From assembly GCA_963744835.1 (NCBI GenBank), contig CAVUVB010000005.1:61437-125436 (forward strand): a DNA stretch of 64,000 nucleotides, read 5' to 3'. A program made the translations under genes and the position numbers. Each line of letters opens with the position of its first letter. Position 1 is the stretch's first letter. The notes under the pieces are model-generated. The model worked only from the letters and a program-made list of their open reading frames with translations, made no database searches and had not been told where the DNA came from. Positions 56,205-64,000 of the stretch are shown one piece after another. The DNA is from an uncultured Actinomycetota bacterium. GTDB lineage: Bacteria; Actinomycetota; Actinomycetes; Mycobacteriales; Mycobacteriaceae.

Positions 56205-56365
56205 CGCTGCATACCATCCTCACGCCAGCGCCCCCGTGTCGTCCGCGTGCGTTGGCGCACCCGAACAATGCGGGCCGAGCAAACCCCACTTCTTGAAGTG
56301 TTCGGCGATTATGACTCATGCCAGGTGCGGCGGGAGTGAAAATTGACAACCCAGGTACCTCCGAA

Positions 56366-57571
56366 TTAAGTGACGGCACCGACAGTTTTGAGCTCGATGA
56401 TGCGGTCCCAGTCCAGTCCGAGCTCCATCAAGATTTCGTCGGTCTGCTCGGCGAACCCGGGAGCTGGCCCCGATTCGGGTGCGGCAACGTCGAATTGCAC
56501 TGGGTTAGCGACCAGTTCGAGTTCGCCTGCCTGCACGACATATTCGTTTGCCCGGATCTGAGCGTCGTTGGCCGCCCGCAGGGTGTCCTGCACCGGGGCC
56601 CACGGCCCGGCCAGCGTCGCGAAGCGTTCGCTCCATTCCGTCAGTGTGTGTGTGCCAATCGCTTTGGTGAGAATCTGCACCGCCTCCGCGGTATTGGCGG
56701 CGATCTTTTCATCGGTGTCGAAGCGCGGGTCGTCTGCCAGTTCGGGTTGGTCGATATGACGGCACACGTCAGCCCAGAACTTGCTGGCTTGCATCATCAC
56801 AAAGGAGATATAGCGGCCATCTGATGTCGCATAAAGGCCCACCAGCGGGTTGATCGGCGAGCCGTGCACGCCGGGTGGGAACGCCTCCATCCGCTGGCCG
56901 AGATGCACGGTCAGCGCGACCGTGTGTCCGAGCGACCAAAGCCCGCTGCCCAGCAGCGAAACGTCGACGATCGACGGTTCGCCGGTGCGCTCGCGTTTGA
57001 GTAACGCCGCCGCGATGCCGCCGGCGAGATTGGTGCCCGAGATGGTGTCGCCATAAGCGGGTCCGGGTGGGCCGACCATGCCTTCGGTCCCGGGCGGGGT
57101 GATGGTGGCAGCGGTTCCGGCGCGACACCAGAACGCGGTCATGTCGTAGCCGCCCTTTTCGGACTCTGCGCCGCGCGGGCCCAGCGCGCTACCCCTGGCA
57201 TAGATGATGTCGGGGTTGACCGCACGGATGTCGTCGACGTCGATGCCGAACTTCTTCCGGTGTCCGGGCAGGAAGCTGGTCAAGAAGACATCCGAGCGGC
57301 GAGCCAACTCGTAGAGCAGTTCTTTGCCTTCCGGCACTGACATGTCCAGGCCGACGCTGCGTTTTAGCCGGTTGGCGTGCTCGATGTTCGGGTTGGGATC
57401 GCCCTCGACGCGCAACAGGCCGGTCTGTCGCAAACCGCGCTGCGGGTCACCGGTCACAGCATGCTCGACCTTGACGACGTCTGCGCCCCATTCGGCCAGC
57501 ACCGCGCCCGCCGACGGCACGAACCCGTACATGGCGACCTCGAGAACGCGGATACCATCCAGCGGCCCCAT
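56366..57571 (-). CDS. CaiB/BaiF family III CoA-transferase
   Basis: GPLDGIRVLE, WGADVVKVE, NR.KRSVGLD, GD...G motif. Confidence 0.9.
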   Translation of the reverse strand: MGPLDGIRVLEVAMYGFVPSAGAVLAEWGADVVKVEHAVTGDPQRGLRQTGLLRVEGDPNPNIEHANRLKRSVGLDMSVPEGKELLYELARRSDVFLTSFLPGHRKKFGIDVDDIRAVNPDIIYARGSALGPRGAESEKGGYDMTAFWCRAGTAATITPPGTEGMVGPPGPAYGDTISGTNLAGGIAAALLKRERTGEPSIVDVSLLGSGLWSLGHTVALTVHLGQRMEAFPPGVHGSPINPLVGLYATSDGRYISFVMMQASKFWADVCRHIDQPELADDPRFDTDEKIAANTAEAVQILTKAIGTHTLTEWSERFATLAGPWAPVQDTLRAANDAQIRANEYVVQAGELELVANPVQFDVAAPESGPAPGFAEQTDEILMELGLDWDRIIELKTVGAVT

Positions 57572-57693
57572 CAGTCCGCCCCCGGAAAGGGCCGGTCAGC
57601 ATTGGGCTCGGACCCGCCCTCCACTGATGGGCTATCACCCACGGTGATGGTGGCCGCCTCCAACAATGGCATACCGGCTCTCCTCAACACGTG

Positions 57694-57897
57694 GATAATT
57701 TCATTCTCACCCAGGGCGAATCTTACATTCCGAGTACGAGAATTCAACCAAACGAAAGAAACGAGACTGCCATGCTCGGAACACCTCCGGACGTCCGGAA
57801 TTCCCGGCATCTTCGCAGGAAGAACGGGGTTTCTCGGCCGCCTTGCGAGCCGCCGTAACGTGAGAGTAAGGTTCTCATAATTGGAAAGGAGATTCTT
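57694..57897. promoter_or_regulatory. Cluster of GAGAAT-N3-ATTCTC-type sites in the CoA-transferase/SDR divergent promoter
   Basis: GATAAT-TTC-ATTCTC (57694), GCGAAT-CTT-ACATTC (57716), GAGAAT-TCA-ACCAAA (57738); GAGAGT-AAG-GTTCTC (57862), GGAAAG-GAG-ATTCTT (57883). Confidence 0.72.
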
Positions 57898-57930
57898 TGT
57901 GCCTGAGACCCCCTCTGCCGGGGTGCCCGC

Positions 57931-58632
57931 GTGACAACGGCCGTCGTCACCGGGGGTGGTTCCGGAATCGGCTTGGCCGTCGCTGAGCGACTCAGCAAGG
58001 ACGGCTACCAAGTCGCGACCGTCGATCTCAAGCCGTCCGAGACGGAATTTGCCTTCACCGCCGACGTGACCGATCGGTCGCAAGTCGACGCGGCCCTTTC
58101 GGCCATCCGTGATCAGCTGGGCTCGGTCACCGTCCTGGTCAACGCGGCCGGCCTGGACGGGTTCAAGCGGTTCACCCACATCGACTTCGAGGATTGGCAG
58201 CGGCTGATCGACGTCAACCTCAATGGGGTCTTCCATATGATCCAGGCGGTGCTGCCCGACATGCTGGCAGCCGGGTGGGGCCGGATCGTCAACATCTCCT
58301 CGTCGAGCACCCACTCCGGTGCCCCGTACATGTCGCACTACGTGGCAGCCAAGTCCGCCGTCAACGGGCTCACCAAGTCGCTGGCCCTCGAGTACGGGCC
58401 GAACGGCATCACAGTCAACGCCGTCCCACCGGGTTTCATCGACACCCCGATGCTGCGTAGCGCCGAGGAACGCGGCCACCTCGGCGACATCGAAAAGACC
58501 ATCGCGGCAACGCCAGTACGCCGGATCGGTAAGCCGGAAGACATCGCCGCGGCATGTGCCTTTCTGGTGTCCGAGGAAGCCGGTTACATCACCGGTCAGA
58601 TCTTGGGCGTCAACGGCGGCCGAAACACCTGA
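57931..58632 (+). CDS. SDR-family oxidoreductase
   Basis: TGGGSGIG, NAAG, YVAAK. Confidence 0.9.
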   Translation: MTTAVVTGGGSGIGLAVAERLSKDGYQVATVDLKPSETEFAFTADVTDRSQVDAALSAIRDQLGSVTVLVNAAGLDGFKRFTHIDFEDWQRLIDVNLNGVFHMIQAVLPDMLAAGWGRIVNISSSSTHSGAPYMSHYVAAKSAVNGLTKSLALEYGPNGITVNAVPPGFIDTPMLRSAEERGHLGDIEKTIAATPVRRIGKPEDIAAACAFLVSEEAGYITGQILGVNGGRNT

Positions 58633-58644
58633 AAGGACAATCGC

Positions 58645-59505
58645 TTGGGACGCGTTGAAGGCAAAGTCGCATTTGTCACCGGTGCGGCGCGTGGCCAGGG
58701 CCGCTCTCACGCCGTGCGGTTGGCCGAGGAAGGCGCCGACATCATCGCTGTCGACCTGTGCCGTGACATCGACACCGTCGGATACCCCATGGCCACACCG
58801 GAGGACCTCGACGAGACCGCCCGACTCATCGAGAAGACCGGGCAACGAGTAGTGATCGCGCAGGCCGACGTTCGTGATGGCGCACAATTGCGAACCGCAT
58901 TAGCGGAGGGCCTCGCCGAGTTCGGCAAGCTCGACATCGTGGTGGCCCAGGCCGGCATCGCCGGCATGAAGGGCCAGCCGCCGCTGCAGGCCTGGTGCGA
59001 CGTGATCAATACCAATCTGATCGGGACAATCAATGCGATTCAGGTTGCGCTGCCGCACCTTGGCGAGGGCGCGTCGATCATCGCCACCGGATCCACCGCC
59101 GCGCTGATGGACACCGCCAAGAAAGACAACCCCGGCGGCGACCCGGGCGGGATGGCCTATGTGCACTCCAAGCGGGCACTGTCGAACTACATGCACGACC
59201 TGGCCACCGAGCTGTCGGCTGTCGGGATTCGGGCCAACGTCGTTCACCCAACGAACACCAATACCGACATGCTGCAGAGCGAGCCGATGTACCGTTCGTT
59301 TCGGCCCGATCTGGAAAACCCGACTCGGGCTGACGCCGAGCCGGTTTTCGGCGTCCAGCAGGCGATGAACATTCCTTACGTCGAGCCCGAGGACATCAGC
59401 AATGCCGTGCTGTGGCTGGCCTCGGACGAGGCCAGGTATGTGACAGGTATGCAACTGCGCGTCGATGCCGGCGGATACCTCAAGTGGTACGACTACCGCA
59501 CGTAA
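58645..59505 (+). CDS. Mycofactocin-coupled SDR oxidoreductase
   Basis: TGAARGQGRSHAVRLAEEGADIIAVDLC signature; YVHSK. Confidence 0.88.
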   Translation: MGRVEGKVAFVTGAARGQGRSHAVRLAEEGADIIAVDLCRDIDTVGYPMATPEDLDETARLIEKTGQRVVIAQADVRDGAQLRTALAEGLAEFGKLDIVVAQAGIAGMKGQPPLQAWCDVINTNLIGTINAIQVALPHLGEGASIIATGSTAALMDTAKKDNPGGDPGGMAYVHSKRALSNYMHDLATELSAVGIRANVVHPTNTNTDMLQSEPMYRSFRPDLENPTRADAEPVFGVQQAMNIPYVEPEDISNAVLWLASDEARYVTGMQLRVDAGGYLKWYDYRT

Positions 59506-59514
59506 GGGAAAGTT

Positions 59515-59718
59515 GTGAAAGTTCGGGTTGATTCAGATCGCTGCCAGGGGCACACGCTGTGCTCGATGATCGCGCCGGATTCTTTCGTGCTTGACGATAT
59601 CGAAGGTCATTCGTCGGCAGTGTCGGAAGACGTTCCGCCCGACCAGGAAGACCTCGTCCGGGAAGCCGCCCAGTCCTGCCCGGAACAAGCCATCCTGATT
59701 ACGGAGTCAACACCGTGA
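59515..59718 (+). CDS. [3Fe-4S]-type ferredoxin
   Basis: CQGHTLC...CPEQAI (CxxHxxC(x)nCP); GTGA overlap with the P450. Confidence 0.9.
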   Translation: MKVRVDSDRCQGHTLCSMIAPDSFVLDDIEGHSSAVSEDVPPDQEDLVREAAQSCPEQAILITESTP

Positions 59719-61079
59719 GCGTCGACGAGACTGTGAGCGACAGCGATCGCAAGAAGAACCGGTATCACTTTGATCGGCACACTCCGGAGTACCGGGGCCA
59801 GTTCGAGAAGATCACCGAAGAGATGCACGAAAAGTGCCCGGTCGCCTGGACCGACACCTACGACGGTCACTGGGTCGCCGCCGGCAGCCAGGCGGTGTTC
59901 GAGCTGGCTCGCTGCCCGGTTGTCTCCAACGACCACGACCTCACGGGCGAGCGCCCGGCTTACCAGGGCATCTCGATCCCGAAGGCCAAGCGAGCCAGCG
60001 GTGTGCGCGGCGGCATCCTGGAAATGGATGACCCTGAGCACCGCACCTATCGCACCGTGCTCAACCCCTACCTGTCGCCGGCGGCGGTGAAGCGATGGGA
60101 ACCCTTCATCGACGACGTGACGCGGGCTTGCCTCGACGAGAAGATCGAACAGGGCCGGATCGACTTCGTCGACGACCTGGCCAACATCGTGCCGGCGGTG
60201 CTGACGCTGGCGATGCTGGGAATCCCACTGAAGAACTGGGCGATTTACAGCGAGCCGGTCCATGCCTCGGTATACACCCCCGAACACTCCCCGGACATCG
60301 ACCGTATCGTCGCCATGCATCGGCAGATGGGCCTGGATCTGCTGAACAACATGATCGAGATCAAGGAGAACCCGCGGCCGGGAATCGTCAACGCGCTCAT
60401 TCAGATGCGGATCGACGGCGAGCCCGCTCCCGACCTCGAGATCATGGGCAACCTCGGCCTGGTCATCGGCGGCGGCTTCGACACCACCACCGCGTTGACC
60501 GCTCACTCGATGGAATGGCTGTCCCAGCATCCCGATCAGCGCGAGCGGCTCAGCCGCGAGCGTGCCACCCTACTTGATCCCGTCACCGAGGAATTCCTGC
60601 GCTACTTCACCCCGGCGCCCGGCGATGGACGCACGTTCTCCGACGACGTCGAGATCGAGGGAACACACTTCAAAGAGGGCGAACGGCTGTGGATTTCGTG
60701 GGCAATGGCTAACCGGGACCCATCCGTGTTCACCGAGCCGAACAAGATCGTCATGGATCGTAAAGGCAACCGGCACTTCAGTTTCGGCCTCGGCGTGCAT
60801 CGCTGCATCGGGTCGAACGTGGCTCGTACGGTGTTCAAATCCATGCTTACCGCCGTGCTCGACCGGATGCCCGACTACCACTGCGATCCGGAAGGCACGG
60901 TCCACTACGAAACCATCGGTGTCATCCAGGGCATGCGCAACCTTCCGGCCACCTTCACCCCCGGCCGCAGCCTGGGTGCTGGTCTGGACGAGACCCTCGA
61001 CAGGCTGCAGCGAATCTGCGACGAGCAAGAACTGGCCAGGCCCATCACCGAACGCAAAGAAGCGGCCAAGATCGACTGA
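59715..61079 (+). CDS. Cytochrome P450 (tentatively CYP188-like)
   Basis: GGGFDTT I-helix, EEFLR, FGLGVHRCIG heme motif. Confidence 0.92.
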   Translation: MSVDETVSDSDRKKNRYHFDRHTPEYRGQFEKITEEMHEKCPVAWTDTYDGHWVAAGSQAVFELARCPVVSNDHDLTGERPAYQGISIPKAKRASGVRGGILEMDDPEHRTYRTVLNPYLSPAAVKRWEPFIDDVTRACLDEKIEQGRIDFVDDLANIVPAVLTLAMLGIPLKNWAIYSEPVHASVYTPEHSPDIDRIVAMHRQMGLDLLNNMIEIKENPRPGIVNALIQMRIDGEPAPDLEIMGNLGLVIGGGFDTTTALTAHSMEWLSQHPDQRERLSRERATLLDPVTEEFLRYFTPAPGDGRTFSDDVEIEGTHFKEGERLWISWAMANRDPSVFTEPNKIVMDRKGNRHFSFGLGVHRCIGSNVARTVFKSMLTAVLDRMPDYHCDPEGTVHYETIGVIQGMRNLPATFTPGRSLGAGLDETLDRLQRICDEQELARPITERKEAAKID

Positions 61080-61098
61080 GTGGGGCTTACTGAGCTCC

Positions 61099-61160
61099 CG
61101 CGAGCAGACGTAAAATCGCCTAAACGAGCCTGCTTTTGGGCGATTCTGCGTCTGCTGGCG
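61099..61160. repeat. Mycobacterial REP-like palindromic element between convergent genes (possible bidirectional terminator)
   Basis: CGCGAGCAGACGTAAAATCGCC...GGCGATTCTGCGTCTGCTGGCG long imperfect inverted repeat. Confidence 0.8.
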
Positions 61161-61168
61161 CCAATAGG

Positions 61169-62347
61169 TCAGCCCGTGGGTAGTCCGAGCACCCGCTGCG
61201 CGATGATGTTGCGCTGGATCTCGGAGGTGCCGCCCGCGATCGTGCCCGAGAAGCTGCGGGCATAGCGCTCAAACCAGCTGCCGAAGTAGTGGTCCAGGTT
61301 CATCGGTGCGTAGCGGCCCGTCAATGCGGGGTGCACGAGACCCTCGGATCCCGCGGCGTGCAAGGCATGTTCGCATGCTTGCCGTTCGGCTTCCGAACCG
61401 AGCAACTTCAGCACCGACAGGGCGGGCACATCCTCTTCTCCGCGGGCCGCCCGGGCCAGGGCCACCGAGCCGAGCAGGCGAAGCGCAGAAAAGTCCATCA
61501 GCGTGGTGGCGTATTGGTCACGTTCCAGTGCGTTGGTGGGATCGAAGTCGGCGAGAACGTTGTCCAGCCGATCGGCGAAACCCAACCACATCATCGTGCG
61601 TTCGTGGCCCAGCGATCCATTGGCGACTCGCCATCCCTGGTTCAGCGGCCCGACAAGGTTTTCCGCCGGTACTCGCACGTCGGTGAAAAAGACCTCGTTG
61701 AAGTCCAGGTCATCCTGCCCGCAGATGGATGGGAACGGCCGGCGCACCACGCCGGGGGTGTCGGTGGGAATCAGTAACACGCTGATGCCCTTGTGCTTTG
61801 GCGCATCCGGATCGGTGCGCACGAAAGTCAGCAGCACATCGGCGTCATGGGCCCCCGACGTCCACACCTTCTGGCCGTTGACCACAAAATCGTCGCCATC
61901 ACGGACCGCCTTGGTACGCAACGACGCCAGATCCGAACCCGCACTGGGCTCACTCATGCCCAACGACGCGGTGATCTCGGCCCGCAAGATGGGCACCGCC
62001 CAACGTTGTTTCTGCTCCTCAGAGCCGAACGAAATGAGCGACGCGGCAATGATATTCACGCCCTGAGGGTTGAAGCTGTGATAGATCCGCCGCCGGCACA
62101 GCTCTTCCAGGTAGACGTACTGCTGCAAGACGGTGGCGTTGCGGCCGCCGAACTCGGGCGGCTGGGTGGGCAGCAGCCAGCCGTTGTCGAACAACAGCCG
62201 TTGCCAGCGGCGGGCCCACGCCGGCATGTGCGACACCGACCGCGGCCGCTCCAAAGCTTCAGCGGCGGTGGCCGGCACATGCTTGTCGAGAAAGGCCACA
62301 AACTCTGCGCGGAATGCCTCGACGTCGGGATCAAAGGTGAGCTGCAC
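61169..62347 (-). CDS. Acyl-CoA dehydrogenase (catalytic-type subunit)
   Basis: GMSEPSAGSDLASL, NGQKVWTS, FNEVFF, L.HER, TIAGGTSEIQRNIIA. Confidence 0.92.
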   Translation of the reverse strand: MQLTFDPDVEAFRAEFVAFLDKHVPATAAEALERPRSVSHMPAWARRWQRLLFDNGWLLPTQPPEFGGRNATVLQQYVYLEELCRRRIYHSFNPQGVNIIAASLISFGSEEQKQRWAVPILRAEITASLGMSEPSAGSDLASLRTKAVRDGDDFVVNGQKVWTSGAHDADVLLTFVRTDPDAPKHKGISVLLIPTDTPGVVRRPFPSICGQDDLDFNEVFFTDVRVPAENLVGPLNQGWRVANGSLGHERTMMWLGFADRLDNVLADFDPTNALERDQYATTLMDFSALRLLGSVALARAARGEEDVPALSVLKLLGSEAERQACEHALHAAGSEGLVHPALTGRYAPMNLDHYFGSWFERYARSFSGTIAGGTSEIQRNIIAQRVLGLPTG

Positions 62348-63341
62348 GGTATTCCTCGGTGATCATTGCCCGGTGCTCAGCGGCCCCGCCGAGCATCAGC
62401 TCGCCGGCCTTGGCCCGCTTTAGTGCGAATTGCACATCGTTCTCCCAGGTGAAGCCCATCGCGCCGAACAGCTGCAGGCCGTGGCGAAAGACCAGCGACT
62501 GGCATTCGCCCGCAGCTGCTTTCGCCATGGCGGCGGCCAGCCGCCGACGCGGGTCGTCCTCGGCGATCGTCAACGCCGCGTAATAGCCCAGCGCCCGGGC
62601 CCGCTCCACGGCGACGTGCATGTCGGCGGCTTTGTGCTGGACGGCCTGAAACGAGCCGATGGGCACCCCGAATTGGTGGCGGCTGCGCACATGGTCGAGA
62701 ACCAAGTCCAGGATGCGTTGGCAGGCACCGACCATCGTCATCGCCATACCCATCAGCGCGATGTGACGCGCCCGCTCGGCATCGACACTGACCCGGGCGG
62801 TGTCGGGCACCCGGACGCCGTCGAACGTCAGGTCTGCGACATGCAACACCGGGTCGAACACCGAGCTGCGTCGCCTGGATAGCTGCCCCGCCACCTCGTC
62901 GGCGCTGAGGATGAAGACCGCGGCGTCGGTCACCACCGCCAACCGCTGGGCACGGTCACCGTCCAGCACATGCTTCCCGGTGCCGTCCAGCACCCACTCC
63001 TCGCCGTCACGGCGCGCCGTCACTCCGGTGTAGACGGCGGTTCCGGAGGCCTGCGGGTCGAACCGATCCGCGGCCAACGGAGCGAACTGGCTCATCGTCG
63101 CCAAGAACGGGGTGGGATCGGTCGCGCGGCCCAGCTCCTCCAGCACGATGGCCAGCTCGACGGCGGTCTCCGGGTCGCTCATCTCGGTCCAGCCGTGCTC
63201 CACGTAGGCCTTCCAGACCGGGGTCGGGTCCACTTCGTCTTCGACAACACTTCGGACCAGAGTCGGTGGGCATTGCTTGCCAACAGCGTCGCGCACCGTT
63301 TCCTGCCAAAGCCGCTGATCAGCGTCGAATTCCAACAGCAT
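62331..63341 (-). CDS. Acyl-CoA dehydrogenase (short partner subunit of a probable alpha2beta2 pair)
   Basis: RHQFGVPIGSFQAVQH, QLFGAMGFTWE; overlaps its partner gene. Confidence 0.88.
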   Translation of the reverse strand: MLLEFDADQRLWQETVRDAVGKQCPPTLVRSVVEDEVDPTPVWKAYVEHGWTEMSDPETAVELAIVLEELGRATDPTPFLATMSQFAPLAADRFDPQASGTAVYTGVTARRDGEEWVLDGTGKHVLDGDRAQRLAVVTDAAVFILSADEVAGQLSRRRSSVFDPVLHVADLTFDGVRVPDTARVSVDAERARHIALMGMAMTMVGACQRILDLVLDHVRSRHQFGVPIGSFQAVQHKAADMHVAVERARALGYYAALTIAEDDPRRRLAAAMAKAAAGECQSLVFRHGLQLFGAMGFTWENDVQFALKRAKAGELMLGGAAEHRAMITEEYRAAHL

Positions 63342-63375
63342 CCCGGCCAGCTCCTTCGATCAGTCAACGTGCTGT

Positions 63376-63621
63376 GAGAATAGTATTCTCTTATTAGCAC
63401 AGTAACAATCTCGTCAGGTGCTTTCACCAGCAAGAGCCCGTTGAGGTCGCCGAAGTGGTCGGACGACTCTGGGACACCACGCTGAACGACGAGGGCGCCG
63501 ACTCGGATTTCACCTCGGCCATCAGACCCATCGAACGGGCTGCCGGGGTCACTGTGGGGCCGGTGGCGAGGACCCCCAAATTCGGAGAATGATATTATCG
63601 GTAAGCAAGAACAACACTTCG
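63376..63621. promoter_or_regulatory. GAGAAT-N3-ATTCTC sites in the fadE/amidohydrolase divergent promoter
   Basis: Perfect GAGAAT-AGT-ATTCTC (63376) with CACAGT-AAC-AATCTC (63398, +22); GAGAAT-GAT-ATTATC (63585) with a weak AAGAAC site (63607, +22). Confidence 0.78.
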
Positions 63622-63776
63622 CGCACTGCCCGCAATTGTGACCGCTACCAGGCGCGATGATTAATCGAAATGCTTACCGGAAACCCCGCTGATAGGCGAT
63701 GAATGGAAATGTTAGATTGCCTATCGTATGGCCAGCAGGCCCGGCAAGATTGTCGGAGCCGTGGAGGGTGGTTTAG

Positions 63777-64000
63777 GTGATAGAACACCCAGACGGGACG
63801 CGCACGCCGCTGATCGATGCCAGCGTGCACATCTTCTTCTCGTCCAACAAAGAGCTGCGCTCGGTGTTGCGCGAACCGTTCAAGAGTCGTGGTTTCCCCG
63901 ACTACGAGATGGATTGGTACGGGGCGCCGGGCGGCGAGTATGCGCCCAACACCGAGGGGCCGGACCGCCAGTACCCGGGTTCGGATCCGGAATTCGTTGC
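63777..64000 (+). CDS. Amidohydrolase-family protein, 3'-truncated by window edge
   Basis: GTG after GGAGGG; IEHPDGTRTPLIDASVHIF...YPGSDPEFV; frame open to the window end. Confidence 0.65.
   Translation, partial: MIEHPDGTRTPLIDASVHIFFSSNKELRSVLREPFKSRGFPDYEMDWYGAPGGEYAPNTEGPDRQYPGSDPEFV

Noticed and set aside
63376-63390. Fur/Zur box interpretation of GAGAAT/GATAAT palindromes
   Set aside because: Fur/Zur boxes have a 1-nt centre; these have a 3-nt centre and precede lipid-catabolic rather than metal-uptake genes
63691-63725. Inverted repeat GATAGGCGAT-N15-ATTGCCTATC as a riboswitch or sRNA
   Set aside because: A single hairpin with no recognisable aptamer motifs; may be an operator or leader structure but unsupported

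Overview
Chromosomal segment of a high-GC non-tuberculous Mycobacterium. Positions ~1-28,700 are collinear with the M. tuberculosis Rv0876c-Rv0853c region as I recall it (MFS protein, fadE10, cspB, yccF-like, rpfA with CRP site and c-di-AMP riboswitch, Rv0862c-like, XPB helicase, fadB/fadA, dapC, SRPBCC proteins, far, pdc). They also carry inserted genes: a stand-alone tRNA-Cys, a glutathionyl-hydroquinone reductase, a thiolase/OB-fold pair, an F420 oxidoreductase, TetR/monooxygenase/methyltransferase genes and a WS/DGAT. The five molybdopterin genes that normally flank rpfA are missing. Positions ~28,700-64,000 are a lipid/terpenoid-type catabolic region: acyl-CoA ligases, amidohydrolases, three P450s, ferredoxins, SDRs, acyl-CoA dehydrogenases, an AveC-family protein, a complete Mce importer and several small secreted Cys-rich proteins. 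The most notable unannotated signal is a palindrome, GAGAAT-N3-ATTCTC. It recurs in most promoter regions of this catabolic region and at 13.55-13.61 kb, often as tandem copies 22 bp apart, and points to a regulon whose regulator I cannot identify in the window. Many genes between ~18 and ~45 kb carry 1-nt indels that look like long-read consensus errors. Family and ortholog names come from motif recognition and memory, not database searches.
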